64,000 bases of DNA from positions 163,394,432-163,458,431 of the forward strand of contig NC_092374.1 in NCBI RefSeq assembly GCF_030028105.1, read 5' to 3'. Numbering within the stretch: the first letter of the stretch is position 1; the number at the start of each line of letters is the position of its first letter. Shown here piece after piece: positions 46,117 to 57,499 of the stretch. Source of the stretch: Mobula birostris. Taxonomy: Eukaryota. The position numbers and the translations under genes were made by a program. The notes below the pieces were generated by a model. The model saw only the letters and a program-made list of their open reading frames with translations, made no database searches and was not told where the DNA came from.

Positions 46117-47987
46117 AGTAACCATATTCTCCAAGACTGATCTGTGCAATGCTTACAATGCAACCTGGTTCACATTCAAAAAGGAGACAAATGGAAGACG
46201 GCTTTCAACACCTTGACTTACCACTTGCCATGATACTATTCAGTCTGTAGAGAATCAGCTGAACCCCTCTACTTTTCTTTCCAATTGCTTGACACTGCCA
46301 GAGTGTAACTATGATATCAGGAACCAAGAATGTCTTGTTATTAGAGGCCCTGGAGGAATGGTGACACTAACTAGAGGGGGTAGAGCAACCCTTTTTGCAC
46401 AGATTACAAGAAGATCTTCTACATCCATGATGCTGAGAGACTCAATTCCCTTCAAGCCTGTTGGGCTTTCTTCTTCACCCGATTCAATTTCACCCTCTCC
46501 TACCACTGTGATGGTAAGAATACTAAGGCCGATGCTCTCTCCTGCCAGTTTGACATCACTGAGGGCAATGCCGCACCAGAGCCCATCCTTCCTTGCTCAT
46601 GCATAGCTGCCTCAGTGAATTTGGGAATAGAAGCAGAGGTGAGGGCCATACAACAGTCATTTCTAGGCCCAGGTGGAGAACCTCCCGACCGGCCATTTGT
46701 CCAGGTCACCGTGTGCCCCCAGTGTTGCAGTTGGGTCACTCTTCCCATTTGGTTGGCTATCCAGGAATTCAACAGACCTTGGAATTTATAAAGAGACTGG
46801 AATTTATTTTGATGTCTGACTTTGTCTCAGGATGTTCACGACTTTGTTACTGCCTGTTCCATGTGCCCAGAACATATCAGTGCCCTACAGGTCTGCTGTG
46901 CCTACTGTCTCTACCTCACTGCTCCTAGTTTCAGCTCTCAGTGGACTTCATCACCGGTCTGCCTCCATCAGATGGAAACACTACCATTCTGGTAATTGTG
47001 GAACAACTTTCCAAAGTTACCCACTTCAATGTTTTCCCCAACCTCGTGGGGAAGCTACCACCCTCGTGGTTCACAGGTGAGGCCTCTCAAGCTGAGGAGA
47101 AAGTCTGGCTGGCATCTAGAAATCTTCCTTTGGAAGTTGAGAACTGCAAATAGGCTCCACACTATGCAGAACTCTTCAAGGTAGAGAATGCTATCAACAG
47201 AGCCTCCTATAGATGGCTCCCAGCACTTCCCATGAACATTCACCCAGTGTTCCATGTTTTCCAACTCAAGCTGGTGATTTTCTCTCTGTCATGCACCAGC
47301 CACCCCCTCCCTGCCCCACCTTTCTTGGTGGGATGAGTCCCTAGTGTATTCTGTGTGGTATGTCACCAGGTGCGGGACAGGGTCCAGTATCTCGTAGACT
47401 GGGAGAGGTATGCCCCAAAGGAACATCTTTGGGTTCCAGTTCATGACATCCGGAGTAAGTGTCCCATTGGGGAAGTCTGCAGGCACATGTCTCTGGCACC
47501 TCGGGAGCTGTGCCTAGGGAGGGGAACCCTGTCACAACCACAGATTCTACCACAGAGTTCAGTACCCTCACAAGCAGACAGCTGAATGGAGTTAGCAATC
47601 ACACACGAGAGGATGCACGTTCAAGCTAATTAGTGTTTCATTGTGCTTGTATTCAACCTGCTTCCTTTTGTTTCAGCCTTGTTGAGTCTTGACTGAAGCT
47701 CCTTCAGTTCACATTTTGGGAAAGAAAATTACACTTTAGATTGACACTGCAAAGAAGCAGTATTTGTTTAATATTACGTTATTGCGGTGACAGCAGTAAG
47801 CTGCAGCAGCGGCTTTAGATTTTAGTTTGAGAGTTTTAGCTGTTGGCTTTGTTGGTCTATTGTTTATTATTTTCCCTTTGGTTCTGTACAGTTCTTATTG
47901 AAACTTAGTGATCTCTACACTCTGCCACTGAGTCTCTCCCTCCGCATTTGGCAATCACTGAAAACCACATCACTATGACACCATGGA

Positions 47988-48772
47988 ACTCAGCATGGCA
48001 GGCAGCATCTATGGAAAGAAATAAAGAGTTGACTTTGTAGTCCAAGACTCTTCATCAGAATAGTAATGAAGAGGGGTGGGGGAGCCAGAATAAGAAGATT
48101 GGGGTGGGGGGGGGGTGGATGGAAGGAAGCAAGTACAAGCTAAGCGGTGACAGGTAAAACTGTCCATCTGCAAAAAGCAGAATTTCCTAGCGGCCAGCCA
48201 TTTTAACTCCATTGTTCGTTCCCATTCTGATATTGTGGTCTATGCCCTCTTTTCTCAGGTTGGAGGAGCAACACCTCAATCCATCTGGTTAGCCTTCAAC
48301 CCAAAGCCATGAAAATTAACTTCTCTTACGACTGGTAATTTCTGCTTCCTCCACTTTCTCTCTTTTTCCATTACCAATTCTAGTTGCTCTCATACCCTTT
48401 CTCTTCCCCTCACCCACTTATCACCTCCCTCTGGTGTCACTCCTCCTTCCTTTCTCCCATGGTCCGTTCTCCTCTCCTATCAGATTCCTTCTTCAGCCCT
48501 CTACCTTTTCCATCTATCACCTCCAAGCTTCTCACTTCATCCCCATCCAACTTCACATGGTTTCACTCATCACTTTCTAACCTGTACTCTTTGCCCTCAA
48601 CCGCCTTCTTACTCTAGCTTCTTCCCCCTTCCTTTCCAGTCCTGAAGAAATACCTGGGCACAAAACATCAACTCTTTATTCCTTTTCATAGAGGATGGCT
48701 AACCTGTTGAGCCTCTCCAGCATTTTATGTGTGCTAATTTGGATTTCCAGTATCTGCAGAAACTCTTACCTT
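47988..48772. mobile_element. Older fold-back Penelope (minus arm ~47988-48160, plus arm ~48160-48772)
   Basis: TSD TATGACAC(CA/TG)TGGA at 47974-47987 and 48773-48786. Confidence 0.8.
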
Positions 48773-49774
48773 TATGACACTGTGGATATTTTATACAGCA
48801 TAACCATTCCTATTGAATAATAGACCATAAATAGAATTAACAGCTCTATTAATTTAGTTTTCTTGCTATCCATAATTCTAACTATTAAATATGTAATTTG
48901 CATTGGATTCTAGGGCTCATGATATTGAAAAGAAGGTTTTAAAAATTGCCTCCTCAATGTCCTTGATGCTCTCTATAGTTAACTCAAGCAGTTCTGTGTG
49001 ACATTCAAAAGGTGGAAGCTGAACCAACTGAAACAAACATTATGGATATTTGCCGGGAAGCTCAATAAGGAGTAGAATGTCAATGCTAACCAGTATGGAT
49101 AAAGCTGGATAGAGGCCTGTGTGAAACATAAACATTGACACAAACTGGGATGAATCACTTCTTCTGCCGTGTAAATCCTATGTAATTCTACAAAGGCAGG
49201 TTGATTCCATTAAAAAATGAGAGTCATTTTCTATGGGTCATCCAAATATTATCCATCATCCACAATGGTCACTCACTACTGCAAAGGACATTGTTTAAAA
49301 GTAGCTTTGTTGCACAGCATATTTTTATTTGCAATTCATCTCCCTTTCCTGGGTGACAGAAGCCACAAAATAGGATATTATTTTGTAAGATGTAAAAATA
49401 TTTTATGTGTTTATCAGTTTCAGACAGTGGTAGCGAGTTTGTGTTCAGTATTATCCTCCTTTACTATATGGATAAGATCAGATTCTGTAGCGTACCAAGA
49501 TTCTGACCGTTCTTTTTAGATATAGCGGATACAGCAGCAATCCTTGCATTAAGGCACAATTCCAATGTAATGTTAAGAAATCATGAGTGAAGAAATTGCA
49601 CTTAGATTGCAAAAGCTAAAACATATGCTAGAAAATGGGCTGCCAAACACAATCTTCTTACTTAGCTGAGATAGTGGGCAAAACATCTGCCAAGATCCTC
49701 AACAGTCTATTGCAAGATCTTTGAACCCCAAACATCACTGAACACAGTGACATAATTATCAGTGTTGGTTCCAC

Positions 49775-50100
49775 TGAACTAGAGACTTGGGTTTGTTCCT
49801 GACCTTTGGTGCCATCTATGTGGAGGTTGCATGTTTTCTCTTTGGTCATCTGGATTTTTATTGGGTTCTCAGTTACCTCTGTCACCCAAAGACATGTGGG
49901 TTCATAGGTCAATTGACCACTGTAAATTGCCAGTAATAAATTACAACCACGTTCTATTAACTATTACGAATGATAGAATCTGAGGGGAGTTGATGGAAAT
50001 GTGGGTAGAATATAATTGGGATTAGCGAGGGATCAATGTTAATGGGTGTTGCTGGTTAGCACTGATTTGATGGTCTGAAGATCCATTTTCCATACTATAT
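49775..50100 (+). mobile_element. HE1/V-SINE
   Basis: 'gtggaggttgcatgttttctc..cccaaagacatgtgggttcataggtcaattgaccactgtaaattgcc' plus CR1-like tail. Confidence 0.75.
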
Positions 50101-50353
50101 GGCCAGCATTTAGACAAAAAATATCATCCCCTGGAGTGCTGTTAGGCTCTTTGGTACAATGGATGTTGTGAAAGTCTGCAGGTATCCCAGGTTTCAAGCT
50201 GAAAATCCACCTGGTAAACCTGTGCCAAGGTAACTGGGTGCATGCACAATGAAACCAATGAACCACTGGCAAAAACACAATTCTTGGGGAAAGGTGAGTA
50301 TAAGCTTTTAATTGAGTTCATTAAGTGAGCTTAACTATCTTAACTGTTTCTAA

Positions 50354-50440
50354 GCATGCATGCATGTGTGTGTGTGTGTGTGTGGGGGGGGTAAATGAGT
50401 GTATATGTACATGCATGCCTGCGTGTGCACATGCATATGC
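50354..50440. repeat. (CATG)n/(TG)n microsatellite and alternating purine-pyrimidine tract
   Basis: gcatgcatgcat(gt)n, G-run, then gtgtatatgtacatgcatgcctgcgtgtgcacatgcatatgc. Confidence 0.8.
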
Positions 50441-50895
50441 GAAAATATGCATCTAGAGGCCAGTGATCTTAATAGTGACTCCCATTGTTCTATCAGCCAC
50501 AAACTGGGACTGGAAGATGTGTTGTTGTACAGCCACCTGTGTGCTGGCATCATGCTCCTAGAGGAAGTTTGTGTTGACATGAGAAGAAATAGTACAGTTC
50601 AAACTGCAGGCACCCAGTGAACTCAGAAGAACAGCAGAACTGCTTAATAAACCAAAGCCTCACTGTCATCTCAGAGGGGTATGGAAAAAAAACATAGCCC
50701 TGGGTCTGAAAAAGAGTACAGAAAGTATCCCTGCACCTTGTTCAATATTTATATCACCAATACCAAAAACATGTTTATTACCACACCGCTGTGTGCAGAA
50801 ACTGACTGCTGTGTTCCTTCATCTGCAACAATAATAACACTTTAACATGTATACCAGCGGCTAACACATGGCGTGTTATGTGAATCTAAAATATA

Positions 50896-52131
50896 CAGTG
50901 CCTTGTAAATGTATTCACCCTCCAATGCTTTATTCACAGGGATTTTGATCAGTTTAACTGAGAACTTTTGTTTGTGATCATCATGCTCTCCTTTTCACAG
51001 CAGATCCCAAAAAACAGGGAAAATCGTAAAGTATGAAAAACTAAAATGTTAGCAATTCAAAAGTATTCATTATCCTTTGCTCAGTAACTTAGTTGAACCA
51101 GCTCTCGCAACTATTACAGCCAGTAGTCTTTTTGGATAAGTCTCTATTCGCTTCGCACAACATGATGGAGCAAGATTTGTCCATCACTCCTTGCAAAATT
51201 GCTCAAGCTATACCATGTTAGTTGGGGAGTGGTGGCGGACAGCAATCTTGAGGTCTTGCCAGAAATATCTAATCAGGTAAGATCAGGACTCTGACAAGGC
51301 CTCTCAAGAACGTCAGTTTTCTTCATTTGAAGGCACTCTATGGCTGCTCTGGCAGTCTGTTTTGGGTTGTTGTCCTGCTAGAAGATAAACTTCCTCCCCA
51401 GTTTAATCTGTCTAGTAGAGCTAGCATGTTTTTATCCAGGATCTTTCTGTATTTAGCAGCATTCATCTTCCCATCAACACTGATCGGATTTCCAGACCCT
51501 GCTGCTGAAAAGCATCCCCAAAGCATGATGTTACCTCCACTATACTTGATTCTGTTGGCCGCTTTACTGAGTAGGGATGGTGTTACCTGGCCAACATGCA
51601 GCATTAGAATTACACCACACGTACCACTTAGTGCTCAGGCCAAAATGCTCCACTTCAGTCTCATCCAACCACAAGATTTTCTTCCACATCTTTACAGTGT
51701 CACCTAAGTGAGACTTTACAAAGTCTTTATAGGCAAGGGATATGCTTTTTTTTAGCGTTACATGTGTCCACTGCAGCTCCCCAACTAACCTGGAACAGCT
51801 TGAGCAACTTCGTAAGGAGGAATGGGCAAATCTTTCTCCATCATATTATGCAAAGTTAATAGAGACTTACACAAAAAGACTTCTAGCTGTAATATCTGCA
51901 AGAGCTGGTTCAACTAAGTACTGAGCAAAGGATAATGAATACTTTTCAACTGCTGACATTTCAGTTTTTGATTTTTTTAGTTTTTTATCCTTTACAATTT
52001 TCCCTATTTTATGGGCTCTACTGTGAAAAAAGGAGCATGTGATTCAAACATAAAAATTCTCAACTTCCTGAGTTGTAATACACATTTACGTTATCTAAAG
52101 ATCGTGGGCTGAATACTTTTACAAAGCTCTT
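50896..52131 (-). mobile_element. Tc1 derivative with two inverted copies of the transposase-3' end
   Basis: TA|CAGTGCCTTG start; minus-strand 'GGNIMLWGCFSAAGSG..MNAAKY'; plus-strand C-terminus 'SPTNLEQLEQLRKEEWANL..STKY*' at 51764-51924; degenerate TIR ending at 52131. Confidence 0.85.
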
Positions 52132-52142
52132 TAAATGTTTGC

Positions 52143-52245
52143 AACCAGTCCAGATTAAGGATTTCAACCCAAAATGTCGACTGTTGATTTCCCTCCATAG
52201 ATGCTGCCTGACCTGCTGAGTTCCTCCAGCATCCTGTGTGTTGTT
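52143..52245 (+). mobile_element. Penelope pLTR fragment
   Basis: 'cagtccagattaagg..aaaatgtcgactg..gatgctgcctgacctgctgagttcctccagca'. Confidence 0.8.
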
Positions 52246-52484
52246 GAGCTTTCACTTTCATTGTTTTGCACCAGAGGTTATGACTATTCCATCCACATTC
52301 AGAACATCATTGAAAGCTCCAACAGCTGGGAACGTGGCTTTACTGCCTTTGCTAGGGATCGTTTGAGAGTCTTTAAAAATCCTCAAAACTGCAGAGAGTC
52401 ACAGGAACAGCTCAGCACATCAAGGAATCCAACCTTATCTCTGTGGACTCAGTTTAAATATCAAATTCAATTAGTCCTGCAGTC

Positions 52485-52890
52485 TCCCGTCTATGGACTT
52501 GTCCATACTTCTTGCAGCCTCAGTAAAGCAGCCAGCAGAACCAAAGAACCCATGTACCTGGGACATTTTCTCTTTTCCCTCTCCTATTGCTCTGAAGGTA
52601 CAAAAGTCTGAAAACATATTTTGCCAAGCTCAAGGACAATTCTATCCCACTGCTGATAAGACTATTGAATAGTTTCCTAGTTTGATGAGATGGACTCTTG
52701 ACTTCACAACTTATACCTTATTGTCTACCTGAAATGCACTTTCTTGGTGACTGTAACGAATTCTGTTATTACTTTTCAATATGTTACCTTAGTGCAGTGT
52801 TGTAATGAAGTGATCTGTGTGAATGGCATATATAACAAAGCTTTTCACTCTACCTCAGAACATGTGGCAATAATAAACCAGTTTAACAAT
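52485..52890 (+). mobile_element. Rex1-like LINE 3' end
   Basis: 'cagcctcagtaaagcagccagc..agctcaaggacaattctatccc..caataataaacca'. Confidence 0.7.
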
Positions 52891-53529
52891 TTACTGCTAT
52901 TCCTTTCAAATTTACCATTTCAGGATGTCCTTGAATGCTATGACAACTTTCAAAGTAGCTTCACTACCTTTGCCAGGCATAACTTAATCAATACAACATT
53001 TCCTGATAGTCAGAATCAAAGGATCAGACAGCATAGAAGAACAACCTTCACCCTTTGTCTCCATCCTGCCTATTCAGGGATGCAAAGCCCATTATAGTCA
53101 ATTGTAAGAACGCACTACTTAAAGTATTAGCTAAAACCACCTAAAATATTTATAAGTACTTCAGAAGCAATAAGTTACACTAAAATAATTAATTTCAGGA
53201 AAATTTTTTTTTTGCTTTATGTCCACAAGCCAGCAAACGTCATTCAGATAAAAACCATTGTGTATCCCACACCATTCTAACCCAGCACAGGAACCTTTTG
53301 CATGGCATAGAATTTGGGGGAATCTGATGTAGAGTTGTGGAGGGGAGAGAATTGATAAATTTGCCTTTTTCTATTTTGTCAGCAGATTTAGGATGTCCAC
53401 AGTTATATAGACTGAAGGCCAAGGTGTGCTTCCATTTATAAAGGCTCCACTGACACTGAGCGGCAAGGTGTAGGCCATTGTTTTACCTGTAGTCATCTTT
53501 CCTCACATCATTTCTCTGTCGCAACTCAT

Positions 53530-53790
53530 GAGCACGGGAAGAACTCAGCAGGTCAAGCTGCATCTATGGAGGGGAATGAACATTTCAGGTTGAGTCCCTT
53601 CATCAGGACTGAAAAGAAAGAGGGAAGAAATCAGGTATGCAAAGGTGTGAGAGAGATGTAAAGAAGGATCTGACAGATGAGAGGTGGATTTACTTGAGGG
53701 GCTGCTAGTCAAGTGAAGGAGGGGTGAGTGGGAATCATGTAAGAAGCTGGGATCTGAGAAATGGAAGTGACAAAGGACTGAAGAGGACTG
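53530..53790 (-). mobile_element. Penelope pLTR fragment
   Basis: 'gaactcagcaggtcaagctgcatc..tttcaggttgagtcccttcatcaggactg'. Confidence 0.75.
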
Positions 53791-54654
53791 TTGTGAGGAT
53801 TATGTCTGAATCTGGAGCTGAGTTGGAAAATAAGCCACAATCTGAATTGCTTTGGAAGCCACTGGAGGAGCAGTTATGTCTTTACTGTATCGTTGTTTAT
53901 TTATCTCGTAAAAAGATGTTTGCAAGATCATAATAGGTAAGCTAATATTTTATCATTTTCTTGCATTTAAATAAAAGGCTACTGCTTGAATATCTAGAGA
54001 AGTATTATTATTTTATTGAAGAGATTTCATCAGTGGAACAGGATGAAAGTTAATTTTCCCTTACATTAGGTTACTCAGATATATTTTAGTGTCTCATGCG
54101 TAAACATCCTGTGAAGTGTGGTGTTATTAAATTCTAGTTTTGTTTCTGACATATGTCTTTATACGTCTAGTTTTGTGTAATGTGCAGAACAAGGGTTTAA
54201 TGTTCTAATATGCACATATTAATGTGGGGATTTGATGTCATAAACACCAAAAATTGAAATGCTTTCAAATTATTGATCAAAATATTGTGACTGCATAGTA
54301 TCATATCTTCAGTTAAACAGAGGCTTGCATGATTACATGCATTTCAATGTGTTCTCTTGTCCTTTCTTAACTGCAGATTGAGACACTCAACAATGCCCAT
54401 GAGATTTCTTCACACCCTTTGATTGACTTGTGTCATGTGAAATCTGTCTGTACTACTTCAGTTTATAAAATATTCCTCATCCATTGCAAATACTCCAATA
54501 ACCTATCAGCAGTAAATTAATGCTTGTATCCTGGAAATATGATGAGCCCCACTGTACCAGCAAATGTTCATCTTCTCTTTCCTTTCATCATTATACATCA
54601 CTCATCCCATCTCTCTTACATCCCTGATCATAATCAGATCAACTACAACCAATC

Positions 54655-55400
54655 TACCTGGTTGCTCCAGGTGCTCCTGATGCAGCCTCCTCTGCATTGA
54701 CAAGGCCCCAAACAATCCTTCCAGTTGAGGCAGCACTTCACCTGCAAATCTGCTGGAGTCATCTATTGTGTCTGGAGCTCACAATGCAGCCTCCTCTACG
54801 CTGGTGAGACCCGTTGTAAATTGGGAGACCACTTTGTCACACAGCTCTGCTCCATCTGCCAAAAGCAGAACTTCCCAGTGATCAAGCATTTTAATTCCAA
54901 TTCCCATTCCTGCTCTGACATGTTGGTCCATGGCCACCTCTTTTGCCAAGATTGGGCCACCCTCATATTTATATATTCCATCTGGATAGCCTCCAACCTG
55001 ATGGCATGAATATTGATTTCTGTTTCCAATAAAAAGAATGTCCTTCCCCCTTCCCTCTTCTATTCCCCACTCTGTCCTTTTGCATCTTCTGACCTGCCTG
55101 TCATTTCCCCCTGGGCTCCCCCCTCCTTCCTTTTCTCTTTTGGTCCACTCTCTTCTCCTATCAAATTCCTTCTTCTCTAGCTGTTTACCTTTCCCACCCA
55201 TCTGGCTTTACCTATCACCTTCTTGCTTGCCTCCTTCCCCTACCCCCATTTCTTTTATTCTGGTGTCTTCCCCCTTCCTTTTCAGTCCTGATGAGGGCCC
55301 TTGACTTGAAACGTCGACTGTTTGTTAATTTCCATGAATGCTGCCTGACCTGTTAAGTTCTTGCAGCATTTTGTGTGAGTTGCTTTGGATTTTTAGCATC
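54655..55400 (+). mobile_element. 5'-truncated Penelope-like element
   Basis: 'RQHFTCKSAGVIYC..LLYAGETR'; pLTR present. Confidence 0.88.
55283..55320 (+). ncRNA. Hammerhead ribozyme motif, core intact, stem II weakened
   Basis: CAGTC-CTGATGA-GGGCCCTTGACTT-GAAA-CGTC^GACTG. Confidence 0.65.
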
Positions 55401-57499
55401 CCTCCTAATTTCCCCAGCAGCATTTCTCTCCTCTGCTTCCATTGACTGCGATGTTCCTCCCCTCATCTCACAATGGAGGACAGGTCATAGTGCACAATAA
55501 GAACATAAGGCTAACTCTGTTGTGCATATAAATAGAAGTCAAACAAATAGAAGTTTGCAGTGGCTGATCGGAGTAAATAAACAGCAGACTGCAATGAAAG
55601 TCCTTGAGGGGCGGTTTGAGATGCTTGAAGGGGAGTACCTTCTTACTTTTTGTCGACAGTATTGTTTGAATTGCTTGAATGAGGGGTTTGAAAGTCTGCT
55701 GTGTTGGGAACCAAAGAGGAAAAGGGAGTGGGGAAGGAGCAGGAATTTCTAGTAGGGGGTCTCGCGGGTCAGGTAATGGCGGAAAAGGCGAGGGGGGGGT
55801 TGAGGGAAATAGAGTGGAGAAGGAGCAGGATAGGGATTTGGGATCAGAGGTAGGCAGTTGGAGAGAAATGGATTATTATGAAGGGAGAAATAAAGGGAAT
55901 GAGGAGATAGTGAGAGGATGGATGATTGAAAACCAAGACAAAGGGAATAAAAGAATAAGAAATGACAGTGGAGAGAGCTTTGAAAGTGAGGAAGATAAAC
56001 AAGTTCAGAGACGAGGTGTTGCCATAATTAGGTTTAATGAGAAGGCTCAAGGAAACATGAAGAAAATTAACCCATTTGTGCTAACAACAACTCTGGCAAA
56101 TAAGATAGGGGAAATAGTATTTGCAGAAGTCCTTAATGATGGCAAGCTATTGGTAAAATGTGCGAATGAGAAAGCACTCAAGCTAAAAGGGATAGGAAAA
56201 TGCAAGGTGTAATACTCAAGGAGGGAGGGGGTATGAAATGGCGGTGGATATAAAGGAGTGATCACAGGCGTACCAGTAAATACAAATATGGAGGATTTAA
56301 AGAGGAATATCAAAGGATGAGAAGTAATAAATGTTCAAAGACTGAAAACAACAAAGGAGGGAATGAAAAAGGAAAGTGAAACAGTATTAATTGCACTTGA
56401 AGAAAGAATGCCAAGGAAAGTGCTCCTGGTTTTCATGAGTTACCCAGTAAGGGAGTATGTGCCAAAGCCACTGAGGTGCTTTAATTGTCAAAGGTTTGGA
56501 CACGTGGCTAAAAACTGTAAAAGGCAGAAGAGATGTGCTAGATGTGGGGGTGATCATGAATATGGAAAGTGCGGAACAGGAGTGCAAGCAAAATGCTGCA
56601 ATTGTGGAGGAGCTCATAATAATGGCATATAGCGGGTGTGAGGTTATGAGATGGGAGAATAAAATTCAAGAAATAAGAGTGAAAAGAAAGATCACTTATG
56701 CAGAAGCTGTAAAAATGTCAAGAGAACAGAATAACGCTCCTAATGAACAGGGAGCAATAGGGATGCGAGAGTTGCAACAAAGAACAAATGACAGGATTTA
56801 TATAGACAAAAAGGCTCTAGTAACATTCATTGCAGGAATGATTAATAATAAAGCTGAGGTAAAGTCAAAAAGTGATAAAATTCAGCTGGTGGTCATAGCA
56901 GCAGTGAACCATTTAGGTTTAGTGGGACTGACATGGGAAGAAGTGAGGGAGAACCTCACTAATCAGTCAAGCCAGGAAGTGTCATGTGTTGGTTAATACT
57001 AATTATGGTGATTCTTTTGCAATGGAATGCAAGGAGCTTATTGGCCAATAGCCAGGAATTCAAGTACTTTATTAAAGAAATGGTTGTAAAACCGGATGTA
57101 GTATGTATTCAGGAAACTTGATTGAAACCAACTTTAGACTTTGTACTTAATTTATTTTTATTGAAGGAATGACACAATACAGAATATATAATGGATTACA
57201 TTTTCCTCCATTTTGCTTTAGTATTGAACCCCCAAAACAAACCTCCCCCCACCTGCCCTCCCCCAACATATCATGGCAGCTAATATATTTATAACACAAC
57301 AATTCACAAGTACAAGTACGGACATTTCACAAGCATACCCCCACACTACTTCAAGATGACGGCTCACACAAATCTGCAACATGTCAGATGATCCAAAATA
57401 TTTACAATTCATCAACCACCCTGTGAGGTAAATTATAAGCGTGTTAAATGGGAGGCAACTTCCCAAGTACAATCAAATGCCCTCAACTAGCAGGTAATT

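Larger units (their letters stand above)
37290..47980 (+). mobile_element. Gypsy chromovirus-type LTR retrotransposon B, heavily nested; 5' LTR in three pieces
   Basis: 5' LTR pieces ~37290-37540, ~39815-39915, ~40980-41098; gag with 'CLYCHYPGHFQASC'; protease TDSGAT; RT stub 'TIFSKTDLCNAYN'; integrase 'DFITGLPPSDGNTTILVIV'; chromodomain 'VQYLVDWERY..LWVP'; PPT ~47516-47526; 3' LTR 47530-47980 (TG..CA). Confidence 0.85.

Noticed and set aside
49658-49730. Possible minus-strand exon (MFGVQRSCNRLLRILADVLPTISAK)
   Set aside because: Mediocre splice sites, adjacent to a SINE and no recognisable peptide
53381-53422. Possible plus-strand mini-exon after a polypyrimidine tract
   Set aside because: Weak donor (gtgtgc) and no supporting neighbouring exons
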